DNA of 64,000 nt from Brevundimonas sp. (GTDB taxonomy: Bacteria; Pseudomonadota; Alphaproteobacteria; Caulobacterales; Caulobacteraceae): the NCBI GenBank assembly GCA_030693575.1, contig JAUYAG010000190.1, forward strand, positions 21,538 to 85,537. Direction: 5' to 3'. A program made the position numbers and the translations under genes. The notes beneath the pieces were generated by a model, which was not told the origin of the DNA, did no database searches, and saw only the letters and a list, made by a program, of their open reading frames with translations. Below, in pieces: positions 48,442 to 58,174 of this stretch; position 1 is the stretch's first letter, and every line of letters starts with the position of its first letter.

Positions 48442-49040
48442 CGCCCGCCCCCGACCAGGAACAGCTGCGAGAGCCGGCCGTACCCGGCAAGCGTGAACTC
48501 GAGTCGCACAGCGTCAGGCGTGCTTCCGGTCGGGCCCATGGTCGGGCCGGGGCTATCGCGGCCCTCCTGGACGAAGGTCACGGTCAGATCCGTGACCCCG
48601 GACAGCAGTTGCTGGGGCGGCCCTGGACGCGATCCGTCCAGAAAAGGCGAGATCCGGCGCTCCAGTCGGTTCCCGACGAGGCTGTATTCAACCCGTTGAA
48701 GCGACGACCGGCCCGCCCCGCCGGCATTGCTCCAGCCTGCGCGGGTGAGGACCAGGACAGGGCCGTCCGGAACGGTGGCCCCCGTCAGCGCGAGGGGGTG
48801 GGGTTCGCCGTTCCTGTCGCGCGTGCGCCGGCCGGTCGCCTGACCGAGATCGGCCTTCAGGAGGCTGCGCATCCGCTGCAATCCGGCGGTGCGGTCGGTG
48901 GCGGACCGGACCGCAAAGCGGTTGTCGATCGAGACGGAAAGCACGGCCGTGCCCGCGGCCGCGATGAGGGCGAACAACATCAAGGCGACCAGGGCCTCGA
49001 CCAGGGTAAAGCCGGACCGGACCCGTGCCGGGATGATCAT
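48438..49040 (-). CDS. gspJ: Type II secretion minor pseudopilin GspJ-like
   Basis: Prepilin-type N-terminus RSG/FTLVEALVALMLFALIAAAG. 200 aa. The real start is at 49040 inside the longer ORF. ATGA-type 4-nt overlap with gspK. Confidence 0.7.
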   Translation of the reverse strand: MIIPARVRSGFTLVEALVALMLFALIAAAGTAVLSVSIDNRFAVRSATDRTAGLQRMRSLLKADLGQATGRRTRDRNGEPHPLALTGATVPDGPVLVLTRAGWSNAGGAGRSSLQRVEYSLVGNRLERRISPFLDGSRPGPPQQLLSGVTDLTVTFVQEGRDSPGPTMGPTGSTPDAVRLEFTLAGYGRLSQLFLVGGGR

Positions 49041-49161
49041 GAACCTGTTGCCCCCCCATGCTGCGGCGGAGACTACACCCATGCGCGCCGGCGCCCGCAA
49101 GTCCGCACGCCTGGCTGGGACGACAAGCCCACTGGCCCGCAACCCTCTTGCACTGCAACAA

Positions 49162-49186
49162 TTTACGTAACATTGTTCGCTATAAT
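49162..49186 (+). promoter_or_regulatory. Sigma-70/73-type promoter TTTACG-N11-GCTATAAT
   Basis: Close match to the Caulobacter housekeeping consensus TTGACGS-N10-14-GCTANAWC, in the only AT-rich patch of this intergenic region. It overlaps a TTACGTAA-centred quasi-palindrome. Confidence 0.4.
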
Positions 49187-49217
49187 TGACCCGCCCGCAC
49201 TCACGCAAAGCAAGACG

Positions 49218-49382
49218 ATGCTGAAATCCCTGAAATGCCTGCTCAAAGGGCATGCCTATGTCGATAGCCGGAGTCATCCCGGAACGCGGGTCTGCGTTCG
49301 TTGCCGGCATCGCAAACCCTTCGAAGGGCTAGCGCCGCCCGCGACGGGGGCCGACACCGCCGACAAGACCAGGGACGACTGA
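49218..49382 (+). CDS. Small (54 aa) Cys/His protein, possible zinc-ribbon (DUF1660-like?)
   Basis: MLKSLKCLLKGHAYVDSRSHPGTRVCVRCRHRKPFEG... begins about 30 nt after the predicted promoter. It has a C-x4-H ... C-x2-C arrangement. I see no clear SD. Confidence 0.3.
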   Translation: MLKSLKCLLKGHAYVDSRSHPGTRVCVRCRHRKPFEGLAPPATGADTADKTRDD

Positions 49383-49423
49383 CCGCCAGGCGGTCGTCAC
49401 ATGCGACGGGGTCCTCGCTGGCG

Positions 49424-51082
<1,659 letters not shown>

Positions 51083-51139
51083 TCACTCTACCGCTGATTC
51101 GAGCGGCGAATTGCGGAGACTTTGAGGGCGGGAGAGGAA

Positions 51140-51160
51140 GGCGGGGATAAAGTCCCCGCC
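51140..51160 (-). terminator. Hairpin GGCGGGGA-CTTTA-TCCCCGCC 6 nt after the secG stop
   Basis: Perfect 8-bp GC stem followed on the minus strand by TTCCTCTC, a weak pyrimidine tail rather than a full U-run. Confidence 0.45.
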
Positions 51161-51165
51161 CATCC

Positions 51166-51582
51166 TTAGTTCGCGGGAGCGGGTTGAGCCGGCGCCGGAG
51201 CGGCCGAAACGCCCGACAGGCTGGATTCCAGATTCTGCAGCGACGGCGCGGCCGGCTGGGCCGGAGCCACCGGATCAACGGCCGGGGCCGCATCCGTCGT
51301 GGCCGGAGCCATCAACTCGCCCACGGCGTCGGCGTCGACGATCGAGCGGTTCGACCGCTCGACATTGCCGAGGATCGTCAGGCCGATGGCGCACAGGAAG
51401 AACAGCGTGGCCAGCACCCAGGTCGTCTTGGTCAGCAGATTGCCCGCGCCGCGCGCCGTCATGAAGCCCGACGGCCCCCCGCCCATGCCGAGGGCGCCGC
51501 CCTCCGACTTCTGAATCAGGATCAGCCCGGCGAGAGCGACCGAGATGAGGATCATGGCGACGAGGAGAATGGTCTGGAGCAT
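51166..51582 (-). CDS. secG: Preprotein translocase subunit SecG
   Basis: MLQTILLVAMILISVALAGLILIQKSEGGALG... two-TM SecG pattern with a Pro/Ala-rich tail. Confidence 0.85.
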   Translation of the reverse strand: MLQTILLVAMILISVALAGLILIQKSEGGALGMGGGPSGFMTARGAGNLLTKTTWVLATLFFLCAIGLTILGNVERSNRSIVDADAVGELMAPATTDAAPAVDPVAPAQPAAPSLQNLESSLSGVSAAPAPAQPAPAN

Positions 51583-51639
51583 GGCAGCCGATATGTGTGG
51601 CGCGTGGCGGCGCCGATCAAGCGGCGGCGTCTAACATTT

Positions 51640-51774
51640 GGGGAGGGACTAGGGAATAGGGATTAGGGATGAGGGGTCGGAGCCTTGGACAGGCGGAGTG
51701 ACGCCGCAGCGCTGCGACCTGGACGCGCTCGTCCCTGCTCATCCCTAATCCCTAATCCCTAATCCCTAATCCCT
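51640..51774. repeat. Inverted pair of heptamer arrays: (GGGAnTA)n on the left arm, (CCCTAAT)5 on the right arm
   Basis: Left arm TAGGGAATAGGGATTAGGGATGAG (51650-51673). Right arm CTCATCCCTAATCCCTAATCCCTA (51738-51761). This is a 24-bp inverted repeat with one mismatch and a 64-nt spacer. The right array continues to 51774 and abuts the tpiA stop codon. Confidence 0.85.
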
Positions 51775-52527
51775 TCAGCTTCTCGCTCCCCGGATAATCC
51801 CCAGAAAATCCGCAGCCTTCAGCGAGGCCCCGCCCACAAGGGCACCGCCGACTTCAGGCACGGCGAGGATTTCGCGGGCGTTGTCCGGCTTGACCGAGCC
51901 GCCATACAGGATCGGCGTCGCGGCGACGCCCAGCCCCAGACGTTCGATCATCGCCGCCCGGACCGCGCGGTGGACTTCCTCGATCTGCTCCAGCGTGGGC
52001 GTCAGGCCCGTACCGATGGCCCAGACCGGTTCATAGGCCACGGCGAAGCCGGTGCCCGCCAGAGTCAGCGGCAGCGAGGCCATGATCTGCCCGCGCACCA
52101 CCTCGACCGCCCGGCCGGCCTCGCGCTGCTCCAGCGTTTCGCCCACGCAGATGATCGGCGAAAGGCCCGCGGCCAGCGCCGCCTCGGCCTTGGCCGCCAC
52201 CAGGGCGTCCGTCTCGCCGTGGCCCTGACGGCGTTCGGAATGGCCGAGGATCACCAGCGTCGCGCCCGCATCCTTCAGCATGGCCGCCGACAGGTCGCCG
52301 GTGAAGGCACCGTGGGTCTCGGCCCGGCAGTCCTGTCCGCCGATCTCGATGCCGTCTCCGGCCGCTTTCGTCATGCGCTCGATCAGGGTCGCGGGCGGGC
52401 ACAGGGCGACCCGGCAGGCCGGTGCCGCCTCCGCCAACCCGGCGCGGAGCGCCTCTACCTCGGCCAGGCTCGCGCCCAGGCCGTTCATCTTCCAGTTTCC
52501 GGCGATCAGTTTTGCGGTCTTCATCAT
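51775..52527 (-). CDS. tpiA: Triosephosphate isomerase
   Basis: IAGNWKMNG and AYEPVWAIGTG motifs. Confidence 0.9.
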   Translation of the reverse strand: MMKTAKLIAGNWKMNGLGASLAEVEALRAGLAEAAPACRVALCPPATLIERMTKAAGDGIEIGGQDCRAETHGAFTGDLSAAMLKDAGATLVILGHSERRQGHGETDALVAAKAEAALAAGLSPIICVGETLEQREAGRAVEVVRGQIMASLPLTLAGTGFAVAYEPVWAIGTGLTPTLEQIEEVHRAVRAAMIERLGLGVAATPILYGGSVKPDNAREILAVPEVGGALVGGASLKAADFLGIIRGARS

Positions 52528-52565
52528 CCGGACTTTCTATGCGGCGCTCTCCGACAAGCCAAGCA

Positions 52566-52708
52566 TCTCCCTCCCCCGAAGTGGGGAGGGACGGCGAAGC
52601 GCAGCGGAGCCCGGGTGGGGAACGCCAGTCCAACCCCGACGGTGCCCCGCTTCACACCTCCCCAACCGATCGCTGCGCGACCACCCTCCCCACTTCGGGG
52701 GAGGGAGA
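52566..52708. repeat. REP/MITE-like element bounded by perfect 25-bp inverted copies of a self-complementary motif
   Basis: TCTCCCTCCCCCGAAGTGGGGAGGG at 52566-52590. Its exact reverse complement is at 52684-52708. Each copy is itself a hairpin (TCCCTCCCC / GGGGAGGGA). It lies in the tpiA / ppiD-like divergent region. Confidence 0.75.
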
Positions 52709-52812
52709 CTCGACGACCGCGGCCCGACAATCATGCCTTCGTCTTGCCGTGCGGGGCGCTGACACCCTATAGGCCAAGCAGCACCCTTGCCGCTGATCCG
52801 CCAGGACCGACC

Positions 52813-54741
52813 ATGCTCACCGCCTTCCGTACCTTCGCCAAATCGAAATGGGCCATCGGCCTGCTGGTCCTCCTCGGTCTCGGCCTGGTGGTCACGGGCG
52901 GTTCCCAGATGGATGTGCTCGCGAACCTTGGTCCGAAGCATGTGGTTTCCGCGGGCGACCGCAGCCTGGGCCAGGCGGAGTTCCGCGGCGAACTGGACCG
53001 TATCCTTGAGCAGGCCCGGCAACAGTCCGGTCGCCCCCTGACGTTCGAGGAACTGATCGGTGAAGGCGGCCTCCGCCAGTATCTGGAACAGAAGTCCCAG
53101 CAGCTCGGCTTCGTGAACTGGGCCTGGAAGGCCGGCATCCGTCCCGGCAAGGAACTGGTCCTGCGCCAGATCCGCCAGGCACCGAATTTCTTCGACAGCG
53201 TGACGGGACAGTTCAGCGAGGAGCAGTACCGCAACGCCCTCGCCGAAAACAACGTCACGCCCGAGATGTTCGAAGCCCAGCTGCGTGACCAGTATTCGAC
53301 CCAGCACTATGGCGCCGCCCTCGGTGCCGGCATGCGCCTGCCCCGCGTCTATGGTGCCATCCTGGCCAGCCAGGCGCTTGAAACCCGCGACGGCCGCTGG
53401 TTCACCGTGACCCAGGCCATGGCGGGCAAGGCCGGCACTCCGACCGACGCCCAGCTGACCGCCCTGATGAACCAGAACGCCGACCAGCTGCGTATGCCCG
53501 AATCCCGCACCGCCTCGGTGGTGCTGTTCGACGATGGCGCGGCCCCGGCCGCGGCACCGACGGAGGCTCGCATCGCGGAGCGGTTCAACTTCCGCCGCGA
53601 CGCCCTGTCGCTGCCCGAGAAGCGCAGCTTCGTGACCCTGACCGCGCCGAACCGCGCCGCCGCCGACCGTATCGCCGCCGCCCTGCGCGCCGGCCAGTCG
53701 CCCGCCGAGGTGGCCCGCGCCAACAGCATCCAGCCCGCCGAATACAACGACACGCCGCGCAGCGCCCTCGGCGACCCGGCTGTCGCCGCCGCCGTCTTCG
53801 GCCTGGCTGCCAATCAGGTGTCCGCCCCGGTCCAGGCCGGCGTGGGCTTCGTCGTCGCCAAGGTGACCAGCATCCAGCCGGGCCGCTCCGCGACCCTGGC
53901 CGACGTCCGCGAGCAGGTGATCGCCGAGTTGCGCGCCGAAGACGCCCGCGCCTCCGTCTATCGCCGCGTCGAGGCCTATGAGAAGGCTCGCCAGGAGGGC
54001 AAGACCCTCGACGTCGCCGTGCGCGAGGTCGGTGCCCGGATCATCCGGATTCCGCCGATCCGTCAGGACGGCAAGCTCCGCAACGGCCAGGACATCAACC
54101 CGGCCCTGCCGCCCCAGCTGATCCAGTCGATGTGGAGCCTCGGCAAGGGTGCCGAAAGCGAGGTCGTCGACATGGGCCAGGGCCAGTATTTCGTGGTCCG
54201 CCTCGACGACATCATGCCCGCCGCCCTGCCCCCGCTCGCCGGGATCCGCGAACCGCTGGCCCAGCAATGGGTCCTGCGCGAGAACGCCCGCCTGCTCAGC
54301 GCGCGCGCCAGCGCCCTGGCCGCCCGCGTCCGCGGCGGCGAGGATCTGGCCGCAGTCGCCGCCTCGGTCGGCGCCACGCTGCAGACGGGGACCGGTCTGA
54401 ACCGCCAGTCGGCCGAACAGAACGGCCAGGGCGTCATCGCCGGCGTGTTCGGCAGCGGTCGCGGCGAGCCCTTCTCGCAGCAAAACACCGCCGACACCTT
54501 CGTCATCGGCCGCACGGACCGCATCACCGCAGCGGTTCCGGCCCTGGCCGCCCCGATGGCCGAACAGTTCCGGCAGCGCATGGCCGGCGACCACGCCAAC
54601 GCCGTGGGCGAGGCGGCCATCGCCGCCGCCGCCGCCCGCAGCAAGGCCGAGTTCGACGAGCCGCTGGCGCGCACCTCACTGGGCCTGCCGGCCGAGGCGC
54701 CGGCCGCTGCCGCAACGCCCGGCGCTCCGCCGGCGCAATGA
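52813..54741 (+). CDS. PpiD-like periplasmic chaperone / peptidyl-prolyl isomerase family protein (SurA-N-like domain)
   Basis: Start MLTAFRTFAKSKWAIGLLVLLGLGLVV (N-terminal anchor). It is long and helical with a parvulin-like central region. ATGA overlap with trpE, as commonly seen upstream of trpE in alphaproteobacteria (from memory). Confidence 0.7.
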   Translation: MLTAFRTFAKSKWAIGLLVLLGLGLVVTGGSQMDVLANLGPKHVVSAGDRSLGQAEFRGELDRILEQARQQSGRPLTFEELIGEGGLRQYLEQKSQQLGFVNWAWKAGIRPGKELVLRQIRQAPNFFDSVTGQFSEEQYRNALAENNVTPEMFEAQLRDQYSTQHYGAALGAGMRLPRVYGAILASQALETRDGRWFTVTQAMAGKAGTPTDAQLTALMNQNADQLRMPESRTASVVLFDDGAAPAAAPTEARIAERFNFRRDALSLPEKRSFVTLTAPNRAAADRIAAALRAGQSPAEVARANSIQPAEYNDTPRSALGDPAVAAAVFGLAANQVSAPVQAGVGFVVAKVTSIQPGRSATLADVREQVIAELRAEDARASVYRRVEAYEKARQEGKTLDVAVREVGARIIRIPPIRQDGKLRNGQDINPALPPQLIQSMWSLGKGAESEVVDMGQGQYFVVRLDDIMPAALPPLAGIREPLAQQWVLRENARLLSARASALAARVRGGEDLAAVAASVGATLQTGTGLNRQSAEQNGQGVIAGVFGSGRGEPFSQQNTADTFVIGRTDRITAAVPALAAPMAEQFRQRMAGDHANAVGEAAIAAAAARSKAEFDEPLARTSLGLPAEAPAAAATPGAPPAQ

Positions 54742-56249
54742 CGGCCAGCGGCGAAGGCGGCTTCGCCGAATTCGAACGCGGCTGGTCGCAGGGCCGGCCG
54801 CAGGTCGTCATCCGCCGGCTGGTGGATGACCTCGAGACGCCGGTCTCGGCCTTCCTGAAGGTCGGGCACGGCCGCACCCATGCCTTCCTGCTGGAGTCGG
54901 TCGAGGGCGGCGCCGTCAACGGCCGCTATTCGATCATCACCCGCGAGCCGGACGTGGTCTGGCGCTGCCGTGGCGGCACAGCCGAACTGGCGAGGGGCGC
55001 GGACATCGCCGCCGGGCGCTTCTCACCGGAACCGGCCGACGCCCTGACGTCCCTGCGGGCCCTGATGGCGGCGTCGCGCTTCGACCTGCCCGCGGGCCTG
55101 CCGCCGATGGCCGCCGGCCTGTTCGGGGTGTTCGGCTATGACATGGTGCGGCTGCTGGAGCCGCTGGGCGCGCCCAATCCCGATCCGCTGAACCTGCCGG
55201 ACGCCGTCCTGACGCGCCCGGCGCTGGTCGCGATCTTCGACTCCGTCAGCCACGAGATCGTGCTGGTCTCCGCCGCCTACCCCGACAGCGGCCCCGACGC
55301 CCGATCGGCCTTCAACGCCGCCGTCACGCGGCTCGACCGGTTCGAGGCTGACCTGAGGTCGCCGCTGCCCGCCCTGCCCGCCCCGGTCGAGACTGACATC
55401 GCCCCCTTCCGCTCGCCGGTCGCGGACGGCGACTTCGCCGCCATGGTCGCCCGGGCCAAGGACTACATCAGCGCCGGCGACATCTTCCAGGTCGTGCTCA
55501 GCCACCGGTTCGCCGCGCCCTGGACCGGCGATCCGTTCGCCTTCTACCGCTCGCTGCGGCGGCGGAACCCGTCGCCCTATCTCTTCTACCTCGACTTCGG
55601 CGACTTCCAGCTGGCCGGTTCCAGCCCCGAGATCCTCGTCCGGCTCAAGGATGGCCGCGTCACCATCCGCCCGCTCGCCGGCACCCGCCCGCGCGGCGAG
55701 ACGCCCGAGGCCGACCGCGCGCTGGAGGCTGAACTTCTGGCCGATCCCAAGGAGCGGGCCGAGCACCTGATGCTGCTGGACCTCGGCCGCAACGACGTCG
55801 GCCGCGTCGCCGCCCCCGGCACGGTCGAGGTGATCGAGAGCTTCCGCGTCGAACGCTACAGCTCGGTCATGCACATCGTCTCCGAGGTCCAGGGCGACTC
55901 CCACCCCGACCTCGACGCCGTCGACACCCTGCTGGCCGCCCTGCCCGCCGGGACCCTGTCCGGCGCCCCCAAGGTGCGGGCCATGGAGATCATCGACGAG
56001 CTGGAGAGCGAAAAGCGCGGCGTCGGCTATGGCGGCGGCGTCGGCTATATCTCGGCGGGCGGCGAGGCCGATATCTGCATCGTGCTCAGGACCGCCCTGT
56101 TCGCCGACGGCAAGATCCACGTCCAGGCGGGTGCCGGGGTCGTCGCCGACAGCGATCCGGCCGCGGAATATGCCGAGACCCTGGCCAAGGCCCGCGCGCC
56201 CATGCGCGCCGCCGAGGACGCCTGGCGCTATCCGTTCGGCAATCGCTGA
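54738..56249 (+). CDS. trpE: Anthranilate synthase component I
   Basis: Start MTASGEGGFAEFERGW... Chorismate-binding motifs are present (LESVEGG, GTLSGAPKVRAMEII, GYGGGVGY). Confidence 0.9.
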   Translation: MTASGEGGFAEFERGWSQGRPQVVIRRLVDDLETPVSAFLKVGHGRTHAFLLESVEGGAVNGRYSIITREPDVVWRCRGGTAELARGADIAAGRFSPEPADALTSLRALMAASRFDLPAGLPPMAAGLFGVFGYDMVRLLEPLGAPNPDPLNLPDAVLTRPALVAIFDSVSHEIVLVSAAYPDSGPDARSAFNAAVTRLDRFEADLRSPLPALPAPVETDIAPFRSPVADGDFAAMVARAKDYISAGDIFQVVLSHRFAAPWTGDPFAFYRSLRRRNPSPYLFYLDFGDFQLAGSSPEILVRLKDGRVTIRPLAGTRPRGETPEADRALEAELLADPKERAEHLMLLDLGRNDVGRVAAPGTVEVIESFRVERYSSVMHIVSEVQGDSHPDLDAVDTLLAALPAGTLSGAPKVRAMEIIDELESEKRGVGYGGGVGYISAGGEADICIVLRTALFADGKIHVQAGAGVVADSDPAAEYAETLAKARAPMRAAEDAWRYPFGNR

Positions 56250-56258
56250 AGTCGGGCG

Positions 56259-56444
56259 CTAGGGCTGGGCTGAAATCGCGGGCTCGTCGAAGCGCACGCC
56301 CGGCCCCAGCACCATCACCCCGGCCATCAGCACCGCGGCCATAGCGGCCAGCGCCGCCGCGCCGAGCGCGGCATAGGGACTGGACCGCGACGGCTGCGCC
56401 GGTGCCAGCAGGGTGCGCGCCTTGGTGATGCCTGCGTGTGCCAT
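56259..56444 (-). CDS. Small (61 aa) single-TM hypothetical protein
   Basis: Strong GGGAGGGG RBS 4 nt before the ATG at 56444. One hydrophobic helix (YAALGAAALAAMAAVLMAGVMVLG). It sits antisense-oriented between trpE and trpG. Confidence 0.35.
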   Translation of the reverse strand: MAHAGITKARTLLAPAQPSRSSPYAALGAAALAAMAAVLMAGVMVLGPGVRFDEPAISAQP

Positions 56445-56547
56445 GGAGCCCCTCCCGTTGGAGACCCCAGTTCGGTCGGGTTCGGTTAACGAAGACTTAC
56501 CGTCACAGCCGCTTGGCGCGGCCCCGCACACACCCTAGAAGCCGACC

Positions 56548-57138
56548 ATGATCCTCGTCGTCGACAACTACGACAGCTTCACCTGGAACCTCGTCCACTA
56601 CCTCGCGGAGTTGGGCGCGGAGACGCGTGTCGTGCGCAATGACGACCTGACCGCCGCCGAGGCCTGGGCCCTGAAGCCCGAGGCGGTGCTGCTGTCGCCG
56701 GGCCCCTGCACGCCCAACGAGGCCGGCATCTGCCTCGCCATGCTCGAAACCGCCCCGCTGGACATGCCGATCTTCGGCGTCTGCCTGGGCCATCAGGCCA
56801 TGGGCCAGGCCTTCGGCGGCGAGGTGATCCGCGCCAAGGCCCTGATGCACGGCAAGACCTCGCCGATCGAGCATGAGGGCCGCAGCGTCTTCAAGGGTCT
56901 GCCCTCGCCCTTCACCGCCACCCGCTACCACTCGCTGGCCGTCCGCCGCGAAACCCTTCCCGATGTGCTGGACGTCACCGCCTGGACCGCCGACGGCGAG
57001 ATCATGGGTCTGGCGCATCGCACCCGCCCGATCCACGGCGTCCAGTTCCACCCCGAGTCGATCACCACCGAGCACGGCCACGACCTGCTGGCCAACTTCC
57101 TCGACCTGGCCAACGTCAGACGCACGGCGATGGTCTGA
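56548..57138 (+). CDS. trpG: Anthranilate synthase component II / aminodeoxychorismate synthase glutamine amidotransferase
   Basis: [19 protein letters not shown] and the catalytic GVCLGHQ. Confidence 0.9.
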   Translation: MILVVDNYDSFTWNLVHYLAELGAETRVVRNDDLTAAEAWALKPEAVLLSPGPCTPNEAGICLAMLETAPLDMPIFGVCLGHQAMGQAFGGEVIRAKALMHGKTSPIEHEGRSVFKGLPSPFTATRYHSLAVRRETLPDVLDVTAWTADGEIMGLAHRTRPIHGVQFHPESITTEHGHDLLANFLDLANVRRTAMV

Positions 57139-57139
57139 G

Positions 57140-58174
57140 ATGGCTGAAGGTTTCAAACCCCTGCTGGCCAAACTGGTCGACGGCCGCATCCTGTCGGCGG
57201 ACGAGGCTCACGCCTTCTTCGCTGCCTGTCTGCGCGGCGAGCCGACCCCCGCCCAGGTCGCCGCCGCCGTCACCGCCCTGCGCATCCGCGGCGAGACCGT
57301 CGAGGAGATCGCCGCCTTCGCCACCGCCATGCGCGAGGCCGCGCGCACGCTCGACCATCCCTATGACGCCATCGACACCTGCGGCACCGGCGGGGACGGC
57401 CAGCACACCTTCAACATCTCCACCGCCGCCGCCCTCGTTCTGGCCGGCGCGGGGCTGAAGGTCGCCAAACACGGCAACCGGGCCATGAGCTCCAAATCCG
57501 GCTCCTCGGACGTGCTGTCGGTGCTGGGCGTCAATCTGCAGGCCAGCCCGGCCCAGCAGCGCCGCTCGCTGGACGAGGCCGGCATCGCCTTCCTCTTCGC
57601 CCCCGCCTACCACGGGGCCATGCGCCACGTCGGGCCGGTGCGGGCCGAGATCGGTTTCCGCACCGTCTTCAACCTGCTGGGCCCGCTGTCCAATCCGGCC
57701 GGGGCGAAACGTCAGGTCATGGGCGTCTATGATCCGCGCTTGCTCGAGCCATTGGCCGAGGTGCTGGGCCGGCTCGGCGCGACCCGCGCCTGGACCGTGC
57801 ACGGCCAGGGCCTCGACGAACTGACCACCACGGGCGAGACCGAGGTGGCGGAATGGAAGGACGGCACCGTCCGCCGCTTCACCGTCACCCCGGAAGACGC
57901 CGGCCTGCCCCGCGCCTCGCTCGACGCCCTGCGCGGCGGCGATGCGGAAGAGAACGCCGCCGCCCTGCGCGCCCTGCTGGACGGGGCGACCGGCGCCTAT
58001 CGCGACATCGTCCTGCTCAACGCCGCCGCCGCCCTCGTCGTCGCCGACCGCGCCGCCGATCTGGCCGAGGGCGCCGCGCTCGCAGCCAAAGTCATCGACG
58101 ACGGCCGCGCGGCCAGGGCGCTCGCCGATCTGGTCGAGGCCACCAACACTGTGATCGAGGAAGACCCGGCGTGA
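57140..58174 (+). CDS. trpD: Anthranilate phosphoribosyltransferase
   Basis: DTCGTGGDG and [15 protein letters not shown] motifs. The start is 2 nt after the trpG stop. Confidence 0.9.
   Translation: MAEGFKPLLAKLVDGRILSADEAHAFFAACLRGEPTPAQVAAAVTALRIRGETVEEIAAFATAMREAARTLDHPYDAIDTCGTGGDGQHTFNISTAAALVLAGAGLKVAKHGNRAMSSKSGSSDVLSVLGVNLQASPAQQRRSLDEAGIAFLFAPAYHGAMRHVGPVRAEIGFRTVFNLLGPLSNPAGAKRQVMGVYDPRLLEPLAEVLGRLGATRAWTVHGQGLDELTTTGETEVAEWKDGTVRRFTVTPEDAGLPRASLDALRGGDAEENAAALRALLDGATGAYRDIVLLNAAAALVVADRAADLAEGAALAAKVIDDGRAARALADLVEATNTVIEEDPA

Noticed and set aside
26052-49040. Calling the cytochrome/cNMP block a horizontally acquired genomic island
   Set aside because: I see no integrase, transposase, flanking tRNA or direct repeats, and no visible drop in GC. 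It cannot be supported from this window alone.
51738-51774. Heptamer array as a CRISPR array or a true telomere
   Set aside because: The units are 7 nt and contiguous with no spacers, so it is not a CRISPR array. It is internal to a housekeeping operon between tpiA and secG, so it is not a replicon end.
51970-52812. N-terminal 281-codon extension of the ppiD-like ORF (track start 51970)
   Set aside because: The extension overlaps tpiA on the opposite strand and reads through the REP/MITE-like element. The membrane-anchor start MLTAFRTF at 52813 is the sensible start.
52537-54594. 685-aa minus-strand ORF
   Set aside because: It is antisense to the ppiD-like gene and runs through the REP-like element. 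It is low-complexity and a GC artefact.
54132-54737. Upstream 202-codon extension of the trpE ORF
   Set aside because: It overlaps the 3' end of the ppiD-like gene and its translation is Arg/Pro-rich. TrpE homology begins at MTASGEGGFAEFERGW (54738).
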